DNA from: Synechocystis sp. PCC 6803 substr. PCC-P
GTDB taxonomy: Bacteria; Cyanobacteriota; Cyanobacteriia; Cyanobacteriales; Microcystaceae
NCBI RefSeq assembly: GCF_000284455.1
Contig: NC_017039.1
Location: forward strand, 1,740,001-1,772,000
DNA length: 32,000 bases
Reading direction: 5' to 3'
The notes below the pieces were generated by a model, which saw only the letters and a list, made by a program, of their open reading frames with translations, searched no databases and was not told the DNA's origin. Of the stretch, positions 18,951 to 27,393 are shown piece by piece; position 1 is the first letter of the stretch; each line of letters begins with the position of its first letter. Position numbers and translations under genes: made by a program.

Positions 18951-21452
18951 TTGCTTCCCATCACAGCTATGGATAAACCCAGTTCCTTTTTCGTTGTAGA
19001 TTCTGAAGGTTCTCAAATACTTAGGGAAATTTGCATTATTAATCACTGTGGGGAAGTGGTATATGAAGCATTGGTGGATGAAGTCTTAGCAGATCGAGCA
19101 CAGGGTTTAAAAGTTTTTCCTCTGAAACAGGTGTTGGAAAATTTTTGGCGCATCACCCATGGGCATTTAGTCATTTTCCATTATGCTGACCATGACTGCC
19201 GTGTCTTACGAAATAGCTGTTTGCAGGTGGGCATTCCTTGGCGGCCAATAAGCACCCAATGTACTATTGAGTTGGCCAAGGAAAAATATCCCGGCCTAAG
19301 CAGTTACTCTTTGGAGTTTTTGAGCAAAAAATTTTTCTTAAAGGTTGAAGGCAAGTATTTCAACCAAGAATCGGCGCACCGCGCTCGCTACGATGCCCTT
19401 TTCACCCACCAGTTATACAATTTTTTACAAGATTGCAACGGCTTTTCCAAATCAATGAATATTGGCATTAATCCTTTTTCTTCCAGTAGAGTTGACACCC
19501 CTTTTCAGGAACACGTTGATGCAAAAGCTATTTATCAACAACAATTTGAACAACTGAAGGCAATCATTAAGGAAGTCAGACAGGATAAAAATCGACAATC
19601 TAAGGGTGTAGTAGTGACAGGGATTCCTGGATCAGGGAAAACCCACCTGATGATGCGGCTCACCAAGGAAATTTTACAGATAAACCGAGTATTATTCATA
19701 CGCCACCCCAACAATCAAGAATCAATCATTTACCATATTTACAGCCGCATTTTAGAATCGTTCATTTATCAAATTCCCGGCACTAGTTATAGTCAGCTAG
19801 AGTTTTTGCTGGCCCATAGTTTTACTAAATTAATTAGCCAAATGAAAAATATTCGGCTGACCCAAAAAGATCAACATATAGTCGATATTGTCCAGCAAAA
19901 CCCCTTAAATATTTATCAGCTACTAGGAACGGAAGGAACAGATAAGAAACGGGATTACTGGGATCACATTGAAAAAAGAGCCAGTGAATGGTGGACAGAG
20001 CACTATGGCATTGGAGGAAATAGCCCTGAAATTATTAAGGGAATTATCAAATTTTGTCGCTATACAGAACGTTATCGTCAACAGACCACTGCACGTTGGT
20101 TGGCCGGACAAGAATTGAGTGAAGAAGATTTAATGTTATTGGGTTTGAGTAATTGGCATGAAAACCTGGGTAAGGAGGGCTTTTCCCTGGAAGCAATTTC
20201 AGTTTTCAGTAAATTATCCTTGTTGGACGAGCCGTTAGTAATGGTATTTGATCAATTGGAAGTGCTGGGTTTACCCAAAAACCAGAGCTTATTAATTGGC
20301 TTCGGCGAAGCGCTTAAGGAAATTTTTACCCATGTGCCCAACTGTTTGGTTATCCTAAACCTTTTTCCAGATCGGTGGCAATATTTTCAGTCCCATTGGG
20401 ATTCTTCCGTGGTGGAAAGGGTAGGCCAATATCACATTAATCTTGACCGTCCAGACGATCAATTGATGGGTCAGGTGTTGATGACCAAGGCTGATGCAGT
20501 AGGGGTTAAGCTCACGGATATATTTAGTGAGCAAGAAATTACCTCCCTTTTGCGCTCACCGTCAATTCGTCACTTGATCAATAATGCTTCCAAACTTTAT
20601 TCTGCTAAGGCTAATGGATCTGGCATCATCCCTCAGAATTTCGACCTTGGTAACAAAAATCTTGATTTCGAGCAAAGATTAAATTTACTGGAAAATGGAT
20701 TAAGTGATTTGCAAGCAAAAATTTACGACATTGGCTTGACTTTAACAAACTTTTTTGCTCCTACAAGCCAGAATGTAAGCAAAGCATTAATTGGTAATCC
20801 CGTGGGGGAAACTAATCAAAATAATGAAATTGACGCTGATCTTAATTTCAATTTTTTCATTACAGAAAATCAGTCGCAACAATCGCTAGAAATACAGGTA
20901 AAAGATTTCTTCTGCCAAAATCGTGAAATCTTAAAAGATGATTATCAAAAACTACAAATAATCACTGAATCCGATGATATTGGCAAACTAAAAATTATTT
21001 TGGAAGCCCTTAACTCAATACACTCTTTCAAAACTGATTTTCTTAGTCTGGGCAGAAAAAGGTTACCAGAACATATCTTGATTCGTACCGCTAAAGCCTC
21101 AACAGTCATCGCATTTTTGCACCGCGATGGTAGTCAATTTACCAACTATATTAAGAACTTTAATCAATTGGTGTCATTGGAGAAGAGGCATCAATTTCAC
21201 CTCTGGCGAGATCGACGGCAAAAGGCTATCACCGGCAAAGTTGGCCGGGAAGAAATTGAAAAACTCAATAATTCTGCCAACGGACAATTTCAATTTATGG
21301 AAGAGCGGGAACGGGTGGACTTTGAGCTGTTGTATTTGTTGATCACAGCAATTTATAACCAGGACATAGAGCTGGAAATAGGGCAGGCTTGGTCGATCGC
21401 CTGTGGGGAATTAAGGCATAACTGGTTGGTTCAACTGTTAGACCATGGTTGA
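18951..21452 (+). CDS. DEDDh (DnaQ-like) exonuclease fused to a P-loop ATPase, plus uncharacterised C-terminal region (alternative start ATG at 18969)
   Basis: 833 aa; Exo I FVVDSEG, Exo II HYADHDCRVL, Exo III AHRARYDA, STQCTIELAKEKYPGLSSYSLEFLS as in DnaQ-type exonucleases; Walker A VVVTGIPGSGKTHL; Walker B-like LVMVFDQLEVLG. Confidence 0.85.
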   Translation: MLPITAMDKPSSFFVVDSEGSQILREICIINHCGEVVYEALVDEVLADRAQGLKVFPLKQVLENFWRITHGHLVIFHYADHDCRVLRNSCLQVGIPWRPISTQCTIELAKEKYPGLSSYSLEFLSKKFFLKVEGKYFNQESAHRARYDALFTHQLYNFLQDCNGFSKSMNIGINPFSSSRVDTPFQEHVDAKAIYQQQFEQLKAIIKEVRQDKNRQSKGVVVTGIPGSGKTHLMMRLTKEILQINRVLFIRHPNNQESIIYHIYSRILESFIYQIPGTSYSQLEFLLAHSFTKLISQMKNIRLTQKDQHIVDIVQQNPLNIYQLLGTEGTDKKRDYWDHIEKRASEWWTEHYGIGGNSPEIIKGIIKFCRYTERYRQQTTARWLAGQELSEEDLMLLGLSNWHENLGKEGFSLEAISVFSKLSLLDEPLVMVFDQLEVLGLPKNQSLLIGFGEALKEIFTHVPNCLVILNLFPDRWQYFQSHWDSSVVERVGQYHINLDRPDDQLMGQVLMTKADAVGVKLTDIFSEQEITSLLRSPSIRHLINNASKLYSAKANGSGIIPQNFDLGNKNLDFEQRLNLLENGLSDLQAKIYDIGLTLTNFFAPTSQNVSKALIGNPVGETNQNNEIDADLNFNFFITENQSQQSLEIQVKDFFCQNREILKDDYQKLQIITESDDIGKLKIILEALNSIHSFKTDFLSLGRKRLPEHILIRTAKASTVIAFLHRDGSQFTNYIKNFNQLVSLEKRHQFHLWRDRRQKAITGKVGREEIEKLNNSANGQFQFMEERERVDFELLYLLITAIYNQDIELEIGQAWSIACGELRHNWLVQLLDHG

Positions 21453-21481
21453 ATCCCGGCGATGGGAACCGAAATTTTTTT

Positions 21482-21907
21482 CTAGCCTTTAAGGCTATAG
21501 ACACGCTGCCATTGCTCTTCTGTGACCCGAAAGTTGGTGCTGTTGGGAGCCCGAATAACCAGTAAATCCCGTAAAATCTGGTCCTGTTTGAGTTCGTGGC
21601 GGCGGAGGGGTTGGCCCAGCAACTTGCGTAGGAATCTGAGCTGTACCCTCGGTTTATCCAACTTAGCTTGGTCAGACATTAGCCAATATTGCCCATCGGG
21701 TAGCTCTGGGTAAATTTCCGGCGGCTTAGTTACTTCGGCAATGGCATAAATCCCTGCTTCTGGCCCGGCCATCCAGATCAAAGCCCGATCGCCAACTTGA
21801 ATTTCTTTGCTATAACGGGTCACCAACCAGGGCAATTCCTCTTGCTCCTCAATGGCTTGAAGAATGCGATAGTACTTAGGATTGCCTTGAAATAACCAGT
21901 AGGCCAT
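21482..21907 (-). CDS. Stand-alone EVE (PUA-like) domain protein
   Basis: 141 aa; YWLFQGNPKYY...WLVTRYSKEIQVGDRALIWMAGPEAGIYAIAEVTKPPE...LDKPRVQLRF matches the EVE-domain pattern. Confidence 0.87.
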   Translation of the reverse strand: MAYWLFQGNPKYYRILQAIEEQEELPWLVTRYSKEIQVGDRALIWMAGPEAGIYAIAEVTKPPEIYPELPDGQYWLMSDQAKLDKPRVQLRFLRKLLGQPLRRHELKQDQILRDLLVIRAPNSTNFRVTEEQWQRVYSLKG

Positions 21908-22028
21908 GGTGGGGTCGCGAATCAGAACAACTGCGGTGGGAACTGGGCCGGGGGAATAAAATTATCCCTCTTTCATCAGACTGAGGGAATTAAAATGGAG
22001 ATAAAAGGCTGAAAAGCCCGGAGGGAGA

Positions 22029-22413
22029 ATGACAAAGACAAGAGAGGCGAAAAAGACAGTACAGTGTGTAGACACATATAGTGAATTGTATAAAGATATA
22101 TTTCCAGAAGTGAGGTCTTATGAGTCATTTAAATATATCATTGTGGGAATATTAAGTGATATAAAAAGAAAGAGTCTACCTGCAATAGCATCATCACTAG
22201 GATTGAAAAATGAACAGGGACTACTGCATTTTATGACAGATTCTCCTTGGGAATTAAAAGAATTAGAAAAAAGAAGATTAAATATTATCTTAGAAGTTTT
22301 AGAAGGAAGAGAAATAATAGTAATAATAGATGAAACAGGAGACCCCAAAAAAAGGGAAAACAACAGATTATGTAAAAAGACAATACATTGGAAATTTAGG
22401 AAAAATAGAAACC
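22029..22413 (+). pseudogene. Truncated, frameshifted IS701-like (IS4 superfamily) transposase
   Basis: Starts MTKTREAKKTVQCVDTYSELYKDIFPEVRSYESFKYIIVGILSDIKRKSLPAIA...REIIVIIDETGDPKK; homology continues in the +1 frame as GKTTDYVKRQYIGNLGKIE after the A7 tract at 22347-22353, then stops abruptly. Confidence 0.8.
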
Positions 22414-22601
22414 CGACTTTTAATGTGGGGTAATAGAACGCCCAGCAAATTAATAACCAAATCATCGTGGGGAATACTGCTACCAGTCATAGCTAGGATT
22501 TCCCCGTCAATGTACTCGTGGCAGATTTCTTGTTTCGCTTCCCAGGCTAGATATTCCTCTGGGGTCAATGGGGTCGGTCGGAGGTCGGGCGAAGCAATCA
22601 T
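22413..22601 (-). pseudogene. Truncated Uma2-family (DUF820) putative restriction endonuclease-fold gene
   Basis: MIASPDLRPTPLTPEEYLAWEAKQEICHEYIDGEILAMTGSSIPHDDLVINLLGVLLPHIKS is a Uma2 N-terminus; reading then runs into the transposase remnant (VSIFPKFPMYCLFT). The C-terminal half is absent. Confidence 0.8.
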
Positions 22602-22753
22602 GGTTAATTTGCCGCCAATTTGGCGATCGCCATTAGGTTGATCAACAATCACATTTACATTTTAAATTAAAGACAAGTTTTCCAAAATCGACCGAATATC
22701 GCCGTAAACCTGTGGGAAAATCCCTTCAATCATATTTTTAATCCCCCGTCCCT

Positions 22754-23866
22754 ATGAAACGCCGTCAACTCCTTGGCCAATCGGCGATCGCCGCTGGAAC
22801 TGCTGCTGGTTTAGTTGCCTGTGGCAAGGCCACCACCTCCAATAATCAAGCCACCGCTGGAGGAGAACTGCCAAATATTCGTTGGCGCATGGTCACCAGT
22901 TGGCCCAAATCCCTCGACACTCTTTTTGGGGGCGCTGAGGACTTCTGCAAGGCGATCGCCGCCATGACCGGGGGTAAATTCCAGATTACGCCCTACGCCG
23001 CTGGGGAAATTGTGCCGGGGTTAGAGGTGCTAGACGCAGTACAAAATGGCACCGTTGAATGTGGCCACACCGCCAGTTATTACTACATCGGCAAAAATCC
23101 GGCCCTGGGTTTTGCCTGCGTGATGCCCTTTGGTTTGACGGCCCAACAACAAAATGCATGGCTCTATGCCGGGGGGGGGTTGGAAATGATCCAAAAAGTT
23201 TACAGCGACTTTAATATCATTAACTTCACCGCCGGTAACACCGGGGCTCAGATGGCTGGTTGGTTTAAAAAGCCAGTGGAATCCCTAGCGGATTTGCGGG
23301 GTTTAAAAATGCGGATTCCCGGCTTGGGAGGGCAGGTAATGGCTCAACTAGGGGTCAACGTCCAGGTGATTCCTGGGGGAGAACTATTCCTAGCTCTAGA
23401 CCGGGGCACCATTGACGCAGCGGAATGGGTAGGGCCCTACGACGACGAAAAGTTAGGGCTAAATAAGGCGGCCAAATACTATTACTATCCCGGTTGGTGG
23501 GAGCCAGGCCCCAGCTTGGACGTATTGGTAAACCAAAGCCAATGGGCGAAATTGCCGCCGGAATACCAAGCTATTTTCCAGGAAGCGGCCCGTAGTGCCA
23601 ATCTATTGATGCTATCCCGTTATGAAACTTTTAATAGCATTGCCCTGAAAACATTACTGGATGGAGGCACAATTCTGAAATCCTTTTCTCCAGAAATTTT
23701 AACAGTGGCCCAGGAAACTTCCCGAGCATTGCTAGCAGAATTTGCCAGTAAAGATGCCCAATTTAAGGAAATTTATCAACAATGGCAAACATTCCGCAGT
23801 CAAATGTTTAGTTGGAATGCAATCAATGAACTTAGCTATACTAAATTCGTCGAAAAAGCTCCCTAA
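22754..23866 (+). CDS. TRAP-type (DctP-like) periplasmic substrate-binding lipoprotein with Tat-like signal
   Basis: 370 aa; MKRRQLLGQSAIAAGTAAGLVACG (RR plus lipobox); WRMVTSWPKSLDTLFGGAEDFCKAIAAMTGGKFQI...YYYPGWWEPGPSLDVLVN. Confidence 0.88.
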   Translation: MKRRQLLGQSAIAAGTAAGLVACGKATTSNNQATAGGELPNIRWRMVTSWPKSLDTLFGGAEDFCKAIAAMTGGKFQITPYAAGEIVPGLEVLDAVQNGTVECGHTASYYYIGKNPALGFACVMPFGLTAQQQNAWLYAGGGLEMIQKVYSDFNIINFTAGNTGAQMAGWFKKPVESLADLRGLKMRIPGLGGQVMAQLGVNVQVIPGGELFLALDRGTIDAAEWVGPYDDEKLGLNKAAKYYYYPGWWEPGPSLDVLVNQSQWAKLPPEYQAIFQEAARSANLLMLSRYETFNSIALKTLLDGGTILKSFSPEILTVAQETSRALLAEFASKDAQFKEIYQQWQTFRSQMFSWNAINELSYTKFVEKAP

Positions 23867-25953
23867 CCGAGGCAAAATCTTTGGAAATTGCCTTCTGCTA
23901 GGAAAGCCGTAATTTCTGCTTCTGAAAGGGGATGACTAAACCAATAACCTTGCATTTCTCGGCAACCTAAATCGTAGAGACAACGAGCTTGGGGCTCCTC
24001 CTCTATACCTTCAGCAATAATGTTTAAATTAAAACCATTGCCCAACAGCAGCATGGCCTGAATAATGGCAGCATCCTTGGGGGTGTGGAGGATATCTTTA
24101 GTAAAGGAACGATCAATTTTCAGGGTATTGAAAGGAAAGGTTTTAAGATAGGAAAGGGAAGAATAGCCAGTGCCAAAATCATCCATGGAAAGCCGAATAC
24201 CGTGGGATTGCAGAGCATTGAGGAGATTTTGGGTAGCTGTGACGTTCTGCATGACAATATTTTCGGTAATTTCCACCTCAAGACGATGGGGAGGGAGGGA
24301 AGACTCTGCCAAAATACGTAAAATTGTTGGCAACAAATCCGGAGCTTGGAACTGTTGGGGAGACAGATTAATGGCAATGCGAAAATCATCGTCTACCGCC
24401 GGAGCCCAATGGTGGAAATGTTGAAAAGCTGTACGCATAATCCATTCCCCCACGGGAATAATTAGGCCAGTGGTTTCCAGCAAACCAATGAATAATCCTG
24501 GAGATACTAAACCGTGAATGGGATGTTGCCAACGAATCAGAGCTTCCACTCCACAAAGGCGACCGGATTGCACATCAATAATCGGTTGGTAATAAAGCAA
24601 GAATTCATCCCTTTCCAAAGCCTGGTGTAGGGCATGCTCCAATTGAATTCTTTCTAAATGGTCACTATTCATGGACTCTTCATAGAAGCAGTATTGCCGA
24701 CTGCCGATGTCCTTAACTTCGTTTAATGCTATTCCCACTCGGTTCAGCAAAATTTCCACGTTATCACCATGGTTGGGATAACAGGCAATGCCCGCATAGC
24801 CCTGGAGGTAAAGGGGATTATTAGCAATGAAAAATGGTCTTTTTAGCACTGCCAACAGTCGTCGCACAAAAACTTCAATTTCGTCGAGGTTACGGCAGGA
24901 TTGAATTAACAATATAAAAGTATCTCCACGCCACCGGCAAAGTAAATCTTCTAATCTCACATGGGCGGATAATCTTTCCGTGATAATTTTGAGTACTTCA
25001 TCGGCGACGCTGTGCCCCAGCAAGTCATTTAAAGATTGCAGTTCTCGGAAACCTAAAAGCACTAAACCTAAAACACTGCTTTGATTCTGAACGTTACTTA
25101 GGACTTTACCCAATTCTTGCTTGAACAAAAAGCGGTTGGGCAAGTCCGTTAGGGGATCATAAAAAGCTTGGTAATGAATTGATTGCTCAATTACTTTACG
25201 CTCTGTGATATCGAAAATGTAACTACGTATAAACTGACTTTCGGCGGGATAGTGAATATGTTGCTCATAAAATTTATCTCCTATTTGTACCTCTCTAGTG
25301 CGGAGATAGTAAATGGGAGTATCTTCCCTTTGGGGAATAATATCTTTGAGTAGGGGATGGGCCATGGAATCTTTCTGAATGGAGGGAAACTTTTCCTTAG
25401 TAGCTGTGTTCAGATAGGTCAAGTTGCCGAAGTAATCGATCTCCACCATGGGGTAGGGACTATATTCAATACAGGCGGCTAGTTTAGATAGCTTTTCATG
25501 GCTCAGTTGGGATAAGTCATCCTCGTGGCCAATCAGAGTGATGTCCCATTGTTCCTGGGGAAAATGCTCTGATAGATCTGGGGTTAACCGCTGGCGATCG
25601 CCGCCGCCGGAGATAGTATCTTTGGGGTCGGTGGGGATGGCCTGATAGAAAATTTGAATATCTTCCGATAGGGCGATGACGTCTCCATGCACCAACTCAT
25701 AATCTAGATGGGATTCACCGTTAACCCACACTCCATTACGACTGCGATGACCTTCTAAATCTCCATCAATGATGTGGAAGGAGATATCTAAATTAGGATT
25801 AATTTTTTTGATTAGGGTGGCGTGGCGACGGGAAATTTGGGGAGAAGGAATAACAATGGTGTTGCTCGGATGACGGCCAATGGAATAACAAGAATTTTGT
25901 AAACGAATGACCTTTTTAAACGAGGGTGAATCAACGACCAATTGATAAAGCAT
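23863..25953 (-). CDS. FHA-PAS-GGDEF(degenerate)-EAL cyclic-di-GMP signalling protein
   Basis: 696 aa; YSIGRHPSNTIVIPSPQISRRHATL (FHA); PAS region before ERKVIEQ; RWRGDTF in place of GGDEF; EALIRWQHP, ENIVMQN, DDFGTGYSSLSYLK, AEGIEE (EAL). Confidence 0.93.
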   Translation of the reverse strand: MLYQLVVDSPSFKKVIRLQNSCYSIGRHPSNTIVIPSPQISRRHATLIKKINPNLDISFHIIDGDLEGHRSRNGVWVNGESHLDYELVHGDVIALSEDIQIFYQAIPTDPKDTISGGGDRQRLTPDLSEHFPQEQWDITLIGHEDDLSQLSHEKLSKLAACIEYSPYPMVEIDYFGNLTYLNTATKEKFPSIQKDSMAHPLLKDIIPQREDTPIYYLRTREVQIGDKFYEQHIHYPAESQFIRSYIFDITERKVIEQSIHYQAFYDPLTDLPNRFLFKQELGKVLSNVQNQSSVLGLVLLGFRELQSLNDLLGHSVADEVLKIITERLSAHVRLEDLLCRWRGDTFILLIQSCRNLDEIEVFVRRLLAVLKRPFFIANNPLYLQGYAGIACYPNHGDNVEILLNRVGIALNEVKDIGSRQYCFYEESMNSDHLERIQLEHALHQALERDEFLLYYQPIIDVQSGRLCGVEALIRWQHPIHGLVSPGLFIGLLETTGLIIPVGEWIMRTAFQHFHHWAPAVDDDFRIAINLSPQQFQAPDLLPTILRILAESSLPPHRLEVEITENIVMQNVTATQNLLNALQSHGIRLSMDDFGTGYSSLSYLKTFPFNTLKIDRSFTKDILHTPKDAAIIQAMLLLGNGFNLNIIAEGIEEEPQARCLYDLGCREMQGYWFSHPLSEAEITAFLAEGNFQRFCLG

Positions 25954-26167
25954 AGGAGCGTTACAGGAAAAAAGCTGAGCCTGAAGAAAAATAGTTTTAG
26001 AGAGTGACTATTGTCGCGACTAGGGAACAATTATTGATCACCACTCCAACCAGTTACCACTGAGAGGAAATAAATAATAGAACAATCTGATTTGTATCCG
26101 TTGATGCCATCATTTAGATTCCCCAACTAATAGTAGCCCACACAATAATTATTCAGCCACTATATTC

Positions 26168-26197
26168 TTTGTCCTATTATTGTCAAGCTAGGACAAA
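26168..26197. promoter_or_regulatory. Perfect 9-bp inverted repeat with 12-nt spacer upstream of ocp
   Basis: TTTGTCCTA (26168-26176) / TAGGACAAA (26189-26197), about 100 bp before the ocp ATG. Confidence 0.5.
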
Positions 26198-26297
26198 CTT
26201 TTAGAAAAAATCTGGGTTTTCATTCGGTTTTCCGATCCTAAAGGGGGCTACCAAACCATGGTAAATTCTGGGGAAAGTTGATTCACGTATAAAACCT

Positions 26298-27251
26298 ATG
26301 CCATTCACCATTGACTCTGCCCGCGGAATTTTCCCTAACACCCTAGCGGCCGACGTTGTACCCGCTACCATCGCCCGTTTTAGCCAACTCAATGCCGAAG
26401 ATCAATTAGCTCTGATTTGGTTTGCTTACCTAGAAATGGGTAAAACCCTTACGATCGCCGCCCCTGGGGCCGCCAGCATGCAACTGGCCGAAAATGCCCT
26501 CAAGGAAATTCAAGCCATGGGGCCCCTCCAACAAACCCAGGCCATGTGTGACTTGGCCAACCGAGCTGACACTCCCCTGTGCCGCACCTACGCCAGTTGG
26601 TCCCCCAACATTAAACTTGGCTTCTGGTACCGTTTAGGCGAACTGATGGAGCAGGGCTTTGTCGCCCCCATTCCCGCTGGTTACCAACTTTCTGCCAATG
26701 CCAATGCAGTGCTAGCTACGATCCAAGGCCTAGAATCCGGTCAACAAATTACCGTATTGCGTAATGCCGTGGTGGACATGGGCTTCACCGCTGGTAAGGA
26801 CGGCAAACGCATCGCTGAGCCCGTAGTTCCTCCCCAAGATACCGCCAGCCGCACCAAAGTTTCCATTGAAGGGGTGACCAATGCCACTGTCCTCAACTAC
26901 ATGGACAACCTCAATGCCAATGACTTCGACACCTTAATCGAATTGTTCACCTCCGACGGTGCCCTCCAACCGCCCTTCCAACGGCCCATTGTCGGTAAAG
27001 AAAATGTGCTCCGCTTTTTCCGGGAAGAGTGCCAAAACCTGAAATTGATCCCGGAACGGGGGGTTACTGAACCCGCTGAAGATGGTTTCACCCAAATTAA
27101 AGTTACCGGTAAGGTGCAAACCCCTTGGTTTGGTGGCAACGTGGGCATGAATATCGCCTGGCGCTTTCTCCTCAACCCCGAGGGCAAAATTTTCTTTGTG
27201 GCGATCGACCTCCTTGCTTCCCCCAAAGAATTACTCAACTTTGCTCGCTAG
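26298..27251 (+). CDS. ocp: Orange carotenoid protein
   Basis: 317 aa; MPFTIDSARGIFPNTLAADVVPATIARFSQLNAEDQLALIWFAYLEMGKT... with C-terminal NTF2-like domain (VLNYMDNLNANDFDTLIELFTSDGALQPPF). Confidence 0.98.
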   Translation: MPFTIDSARGIFPNTLAADVVPATIARFSQLNAEDQLALIWFAYLEMGKTLTIAAPGAASMQLAENALKEIQAMGPLQQTQAMCDLANRADTPLCRTYASWSPNIKLGFWYRLGELMEQGFVAPIPAGYQLSANANAVLATIQGLESGQQITVLRNAVVDMGFTAGKDGKRIAEPVVPPQDTASRTKVSIEGVTNATVLNYMDNLNANDFDTLIELFTSDGALQPPFQRPIVGKENVLRFFREECQNLKLIPERGVTEPAEDGFTQIKVTGKVQTPWFGGNVGMNIAWRFLLNPEGKIFFVAIDLLASPKELLNFAR

Positions 27252-27393
27252 AATAACTCCCTTCAGAGTTTTGTCTTTGCCATAGTCGGTCGGACAAGCA
27301 GCCAAAATACTAATAACTGTGGGCTTCTCGTTGCAGAGCAGGCTCACTTTTTTTATTATGGTAATGATAATTACAAATCAATATCATAAGTTA

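Noticed and set aside
21483-21497. TAGCCTTTAAGGCTA palindrome between the exonuclease-ATPase and EVE genes as an intrinsic terminator
   Set aside because: The T-tract precedes the hairpin on +, and on - it is followed by A residues. The short palindrome also overlaps the EVE stop codon, so neither strand shows a standard terminator.
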